A stretch of 62,505 nucleotides of DNA, filler included, from Diploschistes diacapsis (lineage: Eukaryota), in assembly GCA_023645945.1 (NCBI GenBank). It is 12 parts of 12 records of this genome, joined end to end, with 100 filler letters (N's around TTAATTAATTAA, not from the genome) between each part and the next. Parts side by side here need not be neighbours in the genome. Positions count along the whole stretch, not along the records: positions 1 to 22,624 come from JALAIB010000278.1; positions 22,725 to 45,218 come from JALAIB010000279.1; 10 more parts are not named here. One strand, 5' to 3'. The position numbers and the translations under genes are program-made. Below, piece after piece: positions 12,314 through 23,623 of the stretch. Every line of letters starts with the position of its first letter. Position 1 is the first letter of the stretch. Under the pieces are notes generated by a model. It ran no database searches and was not told the origin of the DNA. It saw only the letters and a list, made by a program, of their open reading frames with translations.

Positions 12314-13299
12314 ATGTCCTTCATCAGAAAGTCTCGAATGCCCAAGCCTGGTCACAATCTCGAAATGCCTTCGTCCCAGCCCGAAGTCGATCTTGAGGCC
12401 AACCAAGGCCGCTTCGAGACCTCAGAGGCGAACGAGAATCATCACTTTCAGTGTCGGACGTCCATCCCTACCGTCTGTCTCCGAGTCTACCACTGGGCCA
12501 AAGAAAACGGTACCGACTTCATGGTCATGGGCTTTTTGGGCACCATCTGCCTCGCGCTGAACGGACGGCGTCCTGCAGCGCATCGTCTTTTCCCTATCGC
12601 TACTGTCGATGGCGAAGTGATATACCCGGAGTTTTCGTAAATGGGATCTAGCTAGCAGGATCCATGGAGTACTTCCTGACATCGTACAGATACCCTCATC
12701 AAAGGTTTATTATCCCGATCTGGCTCGGTGGCTTCCTCCCTCTCTTCGTTCCGACAGTGGTCTTCCTATTGATGCAATACCGCGTCCGATCACCCCAGGA
12801 TCTGAACAACGCTATCATCGGTCTTCTATACAGCGCGGTGATGTCCACACTCTTCCAGATCGTGCTCAAGACTCTCGTAGGAGGTCTTCGTCCACACTTC
12901 CTGTCCGTCTGCAAACCAGACCTGTCACTAGAGTCTCCGGTTGGCTTTGGCACGATGTACAGTCGGAAAGTCTGCACCGGAGACAGCAAGGAGATCAACT
13001 TTGCCATGACATCCTTTCCCTCAGGTCACACCACCACCGCATTTGCTGGTTTGGTCTACCTGTCCCTGTACCTAAAAGCGAAGCTCCGGGTCTGGACGAA
13101 CCACCGAACGCCAACTTGGAAGCCCTTTGTTGTTGCCCTACCGATCCTCGGAGCGACCTTGATCGGCTGCGCCGTGATGGTTGATTACAACCACAATTGG
13201 TACGATGTGGTAGCAGGTGCCATCATCGGCACCGTTACGGCGATCTCGGCATGGCGTGCCTTGTGGGTTGGAGCGCTCCCTGCTCGCTGGTCTGAGTAA
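12314..13299 (+). CDS. PAP2-family lipid phosphate / diacylglycerol pyrophosphate phosphatase (DPP1/LPP1-like); exons 12314-12636, 12690-13299
   Basis: Motifs KTLVGGLRP (C1), SFPSGH (C2) and HNWYDVVAG (C3); multiple TM helices. Intron GTAAAT..CTGAC..CAG joins PEFS|YPHQ. Start ATG choice uncertain. Confidence 0.88.
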
Positions 13300-13572
13300 A
13301 GGTGGGGGGGATTGGGAGCACTCCATGCTTCCCTGTAGAAGCTGGCCGTTGACATGGTCATGGGGTTAGAGGACTCCTCGATACCTAACTCGAGTCTTGA
13401 ATCATTAGTTTAGTAATTTATGAATTAACCCGCCTTCGTACAACAACCACGACAATGACGTGTCTTATAATCGATGGTAGCCGTGAGCAGAGTGAGCCTG
13501 TCCATACGATTGTGACTGCGGGTGCTACTCACGCTTCTACGGGATGTAATTTGGAGAGAGCAAACTGAGCGA

Positions 13573-14658
13573 TCATGACGATCTTACAAACTGGTACGCC
13601 GCCGCAGCCGCGGCCTTCGCCTTCTCAACCGCTCCAAGCACCTGCGCCGCCGCAAAAGCGTCATGGTTTGCGTTCCGCATAACATAGCACTCAACCTTTG
13701 TCCCTTTATCCCGCATACCCTCGACGAAATGCAAGTTCGATTCGTACAGCACCTCCTGATCGCACGTCTGCACGAACACCGGCACGCTCGTGGCGAACCC
13801 GTTCCCCATCGGCGAGACGTACGGGTGCGAAGTCGGGACATCCTTCGGGACATAGGCCCTTATACCCCAGTCCAGCAGGCCCATGGGAATCCATTCTGTC
13901 AAATAATGCGGGCTCTGCTTCAGCCCCTCGCAGCCCTGCCGGAGATCGACCCACGGGCTGAACAGGCAGACCGCACGCGGCTTGGGGAGCACCGGGTTTT
14001 CCTCGAGGTAGCGCAGCACGCCGGTAGCGAGGTTGCCGCCAGCCGAGTCGCCAGACAGGACGACGTTCTCGGCCGGGATGCCGAGGGATAGGATGTAGTT
14101 GTAGGCTGTCAGGCCGTCCTGGATGGCGGCTGGGAAATGGCTGCTGGGCTCCCAGGCGAGGCGGTACTGGGGAGCGAAGGCTACGCCGTTGAAGGTTTTG
14201 GCCAGGACGTCCGGAGCGAAGCCGCCTTGTGAAGGGCGGCAGCCGCCGAGGACGAAGGCGCCGCCGTGGTAGTGGATGACGACCAACTTGTCTCTGTCGG
14301 TTTCTGGGGAAAGGGGCCGAGGGTACCACATGCCGCCGATCTTGGCCGGTTTGACAACCTCGTGGCTAAGTACGCCGCGATATAGTTCTGGCTTGCCGGG
14401 TTCGATCGAGATGAACCTGTTGCCGTCGGAGCCGGGCTCGAGGGTTTGGTTCGGATGATACTGGACTGCGCACATGAGGTGCCAGATTCCGTGGAGGAAA
14501 TAGCTCCCCACCGCCTGACCGTATGTCCATGATGGATGCGGCCGGGACGGTCTACGTAGATAGTACAGTATAACAAATGCTAAGCGGAAAGGAAAGCCGG
14601 CAAGGAAAGCAGTTGTATAGAGGCCTTTACCGGGATGGCGAGTCCAGAACGAGTTCAT
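13573..14658 (-). CDS. Alpha/beta hydrolase, hormone-sensitive-lipase-like (Abhydrolase_3) esterase
   Basis: HGG oxyanion motif (IHYHGGAF), YRLA, GDSAGG nucleophile elbow, SPWVDL, and C-terminal catalytic His (ANHD). ATG at 14658. Confidence 0.9.
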   Translation of the reverse strand: MNSFWTRHPGKGLYTTAFLAGFPFRLAFVILYYLRRPSRPHPSWTYGQAVGSYFLHGIWHLMCAVQYHPNQTLEPGSDGNRFISIEPGKPELYRGVLSHEVVKPAKIGGMWYPRPLSPETDRDKLVVIHYHGGAFVLGGCRPSQGGFAPDVLAKTFNGVAFAPQYRLAWEPSSHFPAAIQDGLTAYNYILSLGIPAENVVLSGDSAGGNLATGVLRYLEENPVLPKPRAVCLFSPWVDLRQGCEGLKQSPHYLTEWIPMGLLDWGIRAYVPKDVPTSHPYVSPMGNGFATSVPVFVQTCDQEVLYESNLHFVEGMRDKGTKVECYVMRNANHDAFAAAQVLGAVEKAKAAAAAAYQFVRSS

Positions 14659-15427
14659 GGTGCGTGCTGTCAAGGGAGAAGACTTATAGTGGGCGCAAAT
14701 CGTCGAGAACCCGAAGACACAATACCAAACCTCGGCTCATCGGTACCTTCATTCATGGCGACGTAGCAGAAGCCAGATATGGGAGACGAACAAGAATACA
14801 AGGTAACTTTGTTTGCGCAACTATATTGCTATCTGTAGAGGTAGCTAAAGATACAAGATGGCTAATAGCCTTGCAATAGGGCCGTCTTTGCCGATGGAAA
14901 GGGCTTGAGAAAGATGTCCAACACCCATCTGATTCTTCGTGATGAAGATGGCTCGCTGGGATCGTTGGCGCCCTTGTCGAGCCCATCTGAACGGACAGGA
15001 AAGGAAGTGCTATAAGGATGAGGCTGTCTCGACGAAGCTCAGTGGTGGTCAATAATCACACGATTTAAAGTCTCAGAGCATCGAGTTCGTAAGATTCTCC
15101 TTTTTGCATCACCTCCCCATCCACCTTCCCACCTAAAGGTTGTGCATAGGCACAGCATGCCCGTGGTCCTCAGGAGGCTCTCAATCAACCAATAGCCCTC
15201 TACCTACGTCGCCGCCCACCTTCAAACAGCGATTAACTGCCCCATTTCTGCACCGCAGCGTCCATGATACAACTCATCACTACTCCAACGGAAATGAAGA
15301 GAGGTCTCAGCACTTGATTCCTCCCCCCATCTCCCTGAAGCCCGCATCGTTGGTGGTGCCAAACCGCACCAAATTCTTCGACAGTCAACTAATAACCTGC
15401 AGTCCCCGTTACCCAAAACCTCGTGTT

Positions 15428-16129
15428 TCATCCAGCACCAGCCAAGCCCCCCAGAACTTCGACCACATCGCAAACCCAGACAAACGCCGTCAGCGCCTCG
15501 CGGATATATCCCGTTGCCGGCGCTGCGGCGAGCTTCTCGTTAGCCGCAAGGAGTGACTGTAGCGAAGAGGCGGCCATGCGCAGGTTCGGCAGGGCACGCT
15601 GAAGGATGGGCGTTAGGGAGGCCAGGGTCGTGAGCGGCTTGGAGAGAGGAGATGATGGAGAGGTAGAAGAAGAAGCAGGAGCAGGAGCAGGAGCAGGAGC
15701 AGACGCGTAAGGCGAGGGATCTCCTGGTATGACAGCTTGCTCCTGTGCTTTCGGTGTGATCTGCGTCGAGTCTGCTGCCGGTGAAGCTTCCACTTTTCCT
15801 GTCAAGGCCAATTGTTCCATCTTCGTACCCGTCGCTTCCGACTCCTTTGCACAAATCCCTTGAGGCTTTGTCTTCGCTTGTAGCGGACACCCCTCGCCGT
15901 TGCCTGGTGGAGGATTTGTTGACCAGCACATCCACGGCGGCCAAAATCCGCAGACCGGTTGGCCGCCGGCAGCGGAGGAGGCTTGAGAGGAAAGGAAGTA
16001 GCACATTGCACCTCGGGCGGCTTGGAAGGCGAGCATGGCCAGCATGCCGCGCACCGGTGGGAGAGCCAGTGGGCCGCCGAAGGAGCAAGGCGGGCCGAGA
16101 GGGCGGGTGATGAGAGCTTGGCAAACCAT
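15428..16129 (-). CDS. Hypothetical orphan protein
   Basis: ATG at 16129 in AAG ATG G context, 233 codons, (AP)n/Ser linker and an amphipathic C-terminal helix. No recognisable domain. Confidence 0.45.
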   Translation of the reverse strand: MVCQALITRPLGPPCSFGGPLALPPVRGMLAMLAFQAARGAMCYFLSSQASSAAGGQPVCGFWPPWMCWSTNPPPGNGEGCPLQAKTKPQGICAKESEATGTKMEQLALTGKVEASPAADSTQITPKAQEQAVIPGDPSPYASAPAPAPAPASSSTSPSSPLSKPLTTLASLTPILQRALPNLRMAASSLQSLLAANEKLAAAPATGYIREALTAFVWVCDVVEVLGGLAGAG

Positions 16130-16824
16130 CTTTGTTGACTCTGGGTTTTCCTTTGTTGGTTTGTGGTTATGATACGGATTACAGTTGTAATCAAGGTAGG
16201 AGGAGGTGTTCAAGCTCGAGTTGTTTTGCGAGTAGCAATAGCTAAAGTACGTGCGCCGGCAAACAGACACTGGTCACTACATTCAGGATGAGCCAGACTT
16301 TTATAGAACCTTCTTCAGCGATACTTAGTATTACTAGATCAGAACCCCAACCACGAAAGGAGAGCATCCTCGATTAATATCATCCCATGTTCCTCCAACG
16401 GCCAAGCAAGCGGCACGCATAGACGTGCGAACACCGAAATGCTCGATAATCCACATATAATATTAATGACACTTTGGAGCCTGACTCGCTGACCCAATAA
16501 CGAGCCGGATAGACTCGGTATCGCTTAATCCGAGCCCCGGCATACGGGATGAAACCTGCCCTACGTTAACCCATTCGGGTAAATTATGCGACGTTGATGA
16601 GCCCCCCTACCGGTTTCGATACCCCGGCAGACAGGCGATTATAAATGCACGAAGACCCCTATCACTGCATGTCCGTGCAAAAGCTCAACGGGTGCTTCAA
16701 AATCAATTACATAAAAATTTAAGATACTTGGAACTCTCCCTGGATCTTTTCAGTTTTATTTCTGTAATCGCTGCGAGGCACCTTCCGAGGCTCTTCGTGA
16801 AAGTCTGTTCTGTCCTCCTTTTCC

Positions 16825-18920
16825 CTAAGGCCCCAGAATCAAAACAACAACAGCATACGAAGGCAGGCTGACCGTATACCCTCCACTCGCGCCTACAGAA
16901 ACACTGCTGGTCTGCGTCGTGATGGTAACTTTGAGCGGGAAGTTACTCTGCATCGCGCCACCGCCCAACATCTGGAGTGACGCCGAACTAACGCTCGCGT
17001 CCGGCAACATTATCGTCACGCTCTTCCTCGCCGTGCCGTAGTTCGCCATCTTGACATAGTAGTGGGCGTCGTCCGTGTTTGAGGCGACCCAGTACACGGG
17101 CCTATAGGCCGAGTCGGACGTGACGGGCCGAATCGTGCTGCCTCGGTTCTTCCGCGAACATCTGCTGGACATAGTAGCTACTGGAGCCGGTGATGGAACC
17201 TGGGTCGGAGTCCACACCGAAGAGGTTGGGGCTCCACTCTGCGAGATTGAAGCAGCGGCGCGAAGGAGGCCATTCTTGACGATGTCGCTGTTGCGCTCCA
17301 GGCCGATCATGTACACAGCCTCGGCGCAGGAGCCTTGGAGGCACGTCCAGTATGTTTGGCTGCCGTCGTTGCCGGTCGTGCTGCCGTACTTGCCAACGAA
17401 TATGGGCTTGTTGCGAGGCTTGTTGTCGAACTCGTAAATTGGGCGACGAAGCTGTTTGGGGGAAGGTAGTAATGGATGTCGGTCCAGACACCCAACGGTA
17501 ATGGGTTTGGCAGGCAGCTAACGTCGGTGGTGGAGGCAATCACGGTCATGCCAGGATAAACGCCATGGATGGGGTTGTAAATGTCCGTAGAGCGCGAGGC
17601 GTACGTGCTACAACCGTTGGAAAGGTTATCTTCGTTACCCACTTCTATCATGGTGACTGTGTAAGGCTCAAAGCGTCCATATTTGCTCCGCAGGACGCCG
17701 TAGGTGGTACTCGTGCTACCGAGCAAGAACTCAAGCTCGTTCAACATGTCCGTAATGTATGGCTGCAGCGCGCTACCGGCATACGATATTCCGTCCAATG
17801 CATGTCCTGCCCAAACGGCAAGCACATTGGCCAGTCCCATATCCTCAGTCCATTGCATGTATTCCATAAACCCAAGTGCATCGGTGTTGGTATAGCCCCA
17901 GGTGCCTTGGTGCTCGGGACGAGTTTCCTGAGGCCCGATTGTCTCATTCCACTTCCAGCGAGTGTCAACAGAGTTTCCTTCGAGATTGTTGCCTCCAGGG
18001 AAACGGAGAAAAGAGCCGCCAGTCTCCTGCATAAAGGTGGCGACATCGTTGCGTAACCATTGTACCTGGTATGATAAGTTACTGGAAAGAGCTGCGGTAG
18101 CCCAAAGTTTAAGGATCCCCGGTTCGCGGTAGCATCATCGAAGGTCAACTGGTATGTGTTGTGCCCGTAGGCGCTTGGTTTGAATCAAAGGTCAATGAGC
18201 AGTAAGTGTATGTATTTGTGTTGCTTGTCACAGCAAAGGTGGTGGTAGCATATACTGTACCAATAGACCCTACGAGCTGTATCATTATGTCTCCAGAATA
18301 AGTTCCTTTAACCCTGAAGTAGGATTGGTAGGTATGCTTCACGTGTCAGCAGTTGGCGATGGCGTGTATCATTGCTTTATGCTTCGCATACCTTGTTGAC
18401 TGGTGCACCAAGGTAACCTGAGTTCGAAACTCCGACTTGTCCAGTGGAGTTGGAGGAAACAGTGACCTTCAATGTCTTGGTTATTTCAGTCGTCAGGGCG
18501 TTTGCTGTGTCTATAGAAAGCGAAGTGCCTCCGACAGCCCCCCATGCATTCAGGGTTGGATTGCAACTTTGGAAACCATTGTTCTGCAGGAATTGGCCGT
18601 GTATCCTTCCATCGCCTGAACAAAGAAATCAGCACTGGTACAGGCAACTTGAGCAGTTTTACTGGCCCGAGTTGTTGATGTCCTGAAACTCGCTTGGCAT
18701 GGGTAGAGAAAGTCCAGCATCGGACACTCACCTCGAACATCAAGCCACATAGGAGAGGACTGGAAGCATTGCCTCCAGTGGTGGACACGGATAGCTGCAC
18801 GCCATTGACCAAGCGCAAAGCTTGTAAAGCTACCGACACCCAAGGTAAAAGGTTTGCCCATTTCGAATCGCTCGTAGAAGGGAGACGGCAGAGAACAGCG
18901 AAGAGCCAAAGTTGAAGCAT
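16825..18920 (-). pseudogene. abfA: GH51 alpha-L-arabinofuranosidase A pseudogene
   Basis: Fragments GGNASSPLLCGLMFE|DINNSG, FLRFPGGNNLEG, RWKWNETIGP, EVGNED and MIGLERNSDIV lie in shifting frames. Frameshifts near ~18165, ~18056, ~17435, ~17277 and ~17153; the putative nucleophile motif FVGEY reads FVGKY (~17390). Confidence 0.88.
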
Positions 18921-19705
18921 TTTTGCTTCCCTTATAGAGAGACTCAATGCCAGTGAACCGTCCCGAAAGCGTCCAGCTCTTGCGTGGAATCTGTGCTCGA
19001 CGTTGTGCATGTCGGCTGGTTAAAAGGCTGATGTCGTGTGATGCTCAAGCACCATATTTTCTGCTGTAGTGTCGATCCCCTTGTTGAAATAACCTTAGGG
19101 CCCAAACTTTGTATCTACAGGATAAAGTTCGAGGGAACCTACGGCGGATAAACGATGGCGTATTCTTTGACAAGACGTTCCCACGGTCCAAAGAAAGACG
19201 GTTGACAAAGTGTCGCATATTCCTTGATTCGGACCTTGTTGGAGAGGAATGCTTGTGCGGAATAGAATTATGATGCAGGTCATCGCATAAACAGCACTGG
19301 CCCAGATTCTCCACAAATGAATTTGGCTTCCTTTTAGGAAGATGTTGCGGGAGCAGAATTTGTAGGAGTGAACTTCATCTTGGATACTTAATACTACCGG
19401 GGAAGTCGGCCAAGGCTTCAGTTTCTCTTTTGCTTTTTTTCAAAATCTCCGGAGGGATAACCGAGGAGCCATTTTATTGCCACTCCAAAGGATCATCGAG
19501 TGATTCTTGCCAGGCTACGGACGCTGCTAAGAGCTTTGCAGCTGTCAGGTCCTGGGTTGAAGCTCTCGAGAAGGATCCAAGTCCTGTAGTTAGAAGGCCC
19601 TTCAGCATGAGCGATCGAGCGCGGACGTTGAGTAAGCGGTTTGACTCTGCAAGCATATATAGCACGTATGTTTGGTTTCAGTACATACGGTAAATGTCTA
19701 GTTGC

Positions 19706-21982
19706 TCAAGACAGGAATAGCCATACAAAGAACTCCTTAAGCGACAGCCAATCTCTAAGCACCCAGTATATTAGTACTACCAGCAAACTCCAAACCGAAG
19801 CATCCTCAACCGCTAGCAAGACCAGCACAAGCAGGCAGAGCATTGCCGATAACCAATGCGCCCAGAAAAGATGACTCTGCCGAATCCACAACACAAAGCA
19901 TGCAAACAGAGCCCAGGCGCCGAAACCTACAACTGGGCCCCATACGAAATGTCGTGACGTTCCAATCAAGACAATTATCGTAATTAGAAGAGAAAAGTTA
20001 ATGCACACCAAGATCTTCTCGGTGAACGGTGTCTGGAAAGCTTGTCTTAGCATCGGTAAGATGCGGTACGAGAATCGCCAGAGACGGTTGAAATAGATTG
20101 GTAGTAGAGCTGTCAGGATAGCGAGGGGAATACCAAACATGAGCACATGCCAGTAGCGGGGGGAGCTGGCGTTGATCTCCGAGATGTTCATGCCGAAAAT
20201 GCCCTTGCTGGTTTAGAAAATGCAAATTTGTACTGCGTCTTCACTCACCGTCGTGAATGTGAGGGGAATGAAGATGGCACCTAGAACCATGAGAAGAGTC
20301 TGCCGTGCCGCGACGCCAATTTCCATTGTCTCTCTAATCTGTAGAGAGTCAGCAAAGCGTGTATTCAAGTAGAGTACTTCAGAAACTTTTTAGGAGCTAC
20401 TCTTTTCTCAATTTTGCAACACACTTACAGTCGTTTTTATACGCCCAATCTCCGCGAGCAGCTTATCTGCCTGCAATGCTACGGCATCTTTCTCCTCGTC
20501 GAAAGTCGCTGACCAATCTTGCCAGATACCGTCCAAAGTACAGGGCCACAACGAAGGCAGTCGACCTAGTTCTTTTGTTGACTTGGCGATAATATCAATG
20601 CAGTCAGTCGCATGCAGAAGCCATTCCAATTTGGCGATCGACGGTTGTGATCGGCTAATATATTTCTGTCGCTCGTCAGATTAACCTATCAATGAATTGC
20701 TGGAAGAACAAGGCTCACAATATTCGCAAAAGCGTTGCCAAAGTCGTTCAAAATGCCTCTATGGGTTACGAGACACTTCTTCTCTAGTGCAGCGAGTGCG
20801 AATCTTGGGCTCAAAGCAATCAAGTCAACGCTGCCTTGATCGACGTGATTGCAGAGGCTTCGTATGTCTCTGGGCTTCTGCTCGACCTCGCACGAAAAGC
20901 TGCATGAAGTAACCATACGGTAGTGCTCATTATTTTTACCAAAGGAACAAAATACTTTCACTGTGTCCGTTTTCGGAGGTTTGCAATGTGGTTTTTTCGT
21001 GTACACTTCGTTGTCGTTTTGGAACATAACCGGGTCCTCGAGAATTTGTATTTGTACCGAGCATATCCCCCTAGCCTCGCTGCTGGCCGAAGCTGCTGTA
21101 CTATCAGCTTTTCTTCACAGAGTTTTTCAATGACACGACGAACAGCTATAGGGCAAACTCGCACGACGTCTCTGTTGTGCTTTGGTAGGATCAAAATCCA
21201 AAGCGAAGAGCTGTGTTAGATGAGGCGTGTCAATGTGCCAAAGGTTCCCAAGTATTGCGCAAATCATTGCAGCCGTTATTCGGAAAAGCTTCTCGCCCGA
21301 GGCATGGGTTATCCTGTCCATTAAGGGGAAAGACATCGCTATAGCTGCTCGGTCTTCGCGAAACCATTTGTCCTTCTGTCTCAGTCTGTCCCTCACCTCG
21401 CTACCGTGTACAAACGAGCTATCGCGTGTGTTAGGACGAAGCAGTCAACGATATAGCGGAACGTAGACACCAGGCGAATCACGTACAGTATCTGAGCTCG
21501 TAAATTGCCATCTTGCTACTCTAGGTTAGCCATGTTCTATTCCAAGCCATGTTAATCCTTCCCACCTTTCCTTGGAGGTATTCAAAGAAGTCTGCGTAGG
21601 TTCCGATCTGATGAGTGCGCGCAGATGATGTGCTTGGAACAGAAGATGCAATCGGATCATTAGAGAATTCGGTTGAGTTGCTCGCAATGTCACCTTCATC
21701 GGAATAATAGTCTGTTGCCCTCAAGAATAAATCGAGCTTCAGAGAATACTTCAGTTTCTTGAAATTTTCTAAGTGATTAGACAATATACTTGCCCAGGCG
21801 ATGTCTCCTTTTGCCTTTTGCTTCTGTATGTATAAATCAACATTTTGGACAACTCTTTCACGGCTGTCTAGCAGAATGAACGGGTTGTCCGGTGGTAGAT
21901 TCAAATTCGAATCTACGTATTCCAATCTTCTGGTGCGAGTAGTATGTGTAAAAATTTTTGTACCAAGCTCTGGGTCCTGCAT
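19706..21982 (-). CDS. Multi-exon CorA-like (2-TM-GxN) Mg2+-transporter-domain membrane protein with extra C-terminal TM helices; 5' end uncertain
   Basis: Spliced TLLMVLGAIFIPLTFTT|GIFGMNISEI (GMN signature) after a helical region. Several GT..AG introns join ORFs 21521-21991, 21127-21396, 20689-21027, 20408-20629 and 19706-20191. Confidence 0.72.
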
Positions 21983-22399
21983 GTTATGCAATTCCTTCAG
22001 GTTATCGTCAAAAATTCGTAGTCAGTCCAAACCAGCAACAAACCACTACTGCTGCGGCTCTGCATTCCCCAAGGAAGAAGCTGTTAAGCTGAGATAGTCG
22101 TACTCTCGCATTATCCTTAAGACCATGTCAGGGTTTCTTATGGAGTTATCTGGAGTAAGTGCGATTGAACAACCTCAAGACTTTGGAGCTTTTATATCTC
22201 AGGAAAGACTGTCTGATAGGGCATACCGTGAGGCTGCTTAGGAAACCGTCAGGCTGCTCAAACGGCAGGCCTTTTCGTCGAGCTAGCCTTCATCGGTGCC
22301 CGACTTGTTAACACTCGGTGCTGAAAGCAGTAGAGCCCCAGATAAGTGCAAGGCTAAGAACTGATAACACCGATCATTGACAGGCAATCGACGCGTGGA

Positions 22400-22624
22400 T
22401 GATACGTCGTTGAAACGAGACCATTAATATATTTAAACTCGTTAATAACTTAATAGCATTGACTTGTGATTAACGAGAAATTAATAAATAATTGACCCGT
22501 TATTAACTCGCCTAAACACATTAAACTAATCGAATGAATAAGATTATTAAAGTTATTTATTTACGAATTATTTAATTCGCGCGATAATTATCTTTTAACT
22601 TTTTTTCTTTATAATAGTTTTAAT
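22400..22624. repeat. AT-rich RIP-like repeat edge at contig end
   Basis: Abrupt switch to TpA-rich sequence with C mostly retained in CpG, like the small contigs. Confidence 0.6.
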
Positions 22625-22724
22625 NNNNNNNNNNNNNNNNNNNNNNNNNNNNNNNNNNNNNNNNNNNNTTAATTAATTAANNNNNNNNNNNNNNNNNNNN
22701 NNNNNNNNNNNNNNNNNNNNNNNN
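22625..22724. other. Artificial contig linker (N44-TTAATTAATTAA-N44)
   Basis: Exactly 100 bp with stops in all six frames; identical at 11 places. Confidence 0.97.
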
Positions 22725-22741
22725 GTTTATGGTCTTTTTAC

Positions 22742-22985
22742 CGTTCCTCGACCTCGTAGTCTCTATCGTTTGTCTTCTCCACGTGCCCTTCATTTGCGTC
22801 CGATTAGCGGCGAGTTCGCTTCTGTGGGCCGGTCGAGCTGGGCAGGTGAAAGTATTTTTGGACGCACCCGTTTTCATCATCACCTGCGTCGTTTTCCGGT
22901 TGACATTTTTGACGAAGCCTGCGGACGTGTCAGCGCCAGGCAGTAAAAGCAGGGAGTTGTATGGCCACGGACCGGACCAGGACAT
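22742..22985 (-). CDS. RVS161: BAR-domain amphiphysin Rvs161/Hob3, 5' part truncated by contig end (exons 22985-22973, 22918-22868, 22787-22742)
   Basis: Spliced peptide MSWSG|FVKNVNRKTTQVMMKTG|HVEKTNDRDYEVEER matches the conserved Rvs161 N-terminus; canonical GT..AG introns. Confidence 0.92.
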
Positions 22986-23623
22986 CTTGGGCGGGTATCG
23001 GAAAGGTAAAAAGCGATGTAGAATATTGGTATTACCACTAAGAAAATTGGTAGCGTAGAGCAAGGGGTCACGACAAGCGCTCAATTGACGTTGAAGAATG
23101 ATATCCTGCTCAACAAAGAAGACAAGGCTAATACAGCAGTCAAGCGCCCGCTGCCTGACGCACTCGAGGAGGTTGCGTAGGCAGTCCAAAAGCGGGATAG
23201 TGGGTAACCGCACGATGGGATCGGAAAGGAGCCGTCTTCTGCCGCCGTCAACCCTTGAGTCTACGGATAGAGAAATGCTCTGTTAAGCCAGTTCAAGTTC
23301 TACAGCGTTTCTAAAGTAGAAGTACTCCTGATTCATAGGAGACAAGCATGGTTGGATTGGTGGCCAAACTTTTGGAAAATCCAATACAAGCCTCGAGCCT
23401 TTAATTCAAAATGCCCCGTTTATCAAGCCTAGTCATGGAGCGCTCCAGGCCTATATAGATTACCAATGTCGCAAAAAGCAGCGCGGATCAGCAAGGTAGC
23501 CCTCAGCGCCGTGCTTCGTGAATCGTGAGCCCCGTTCCCAAAGTCATATGATGCACGATATCCTCCCGAATGCTCATAGCGTATCATAGTCATGATGGGC
23601 GTTGTCGGGCGAAGAAGGAATGG

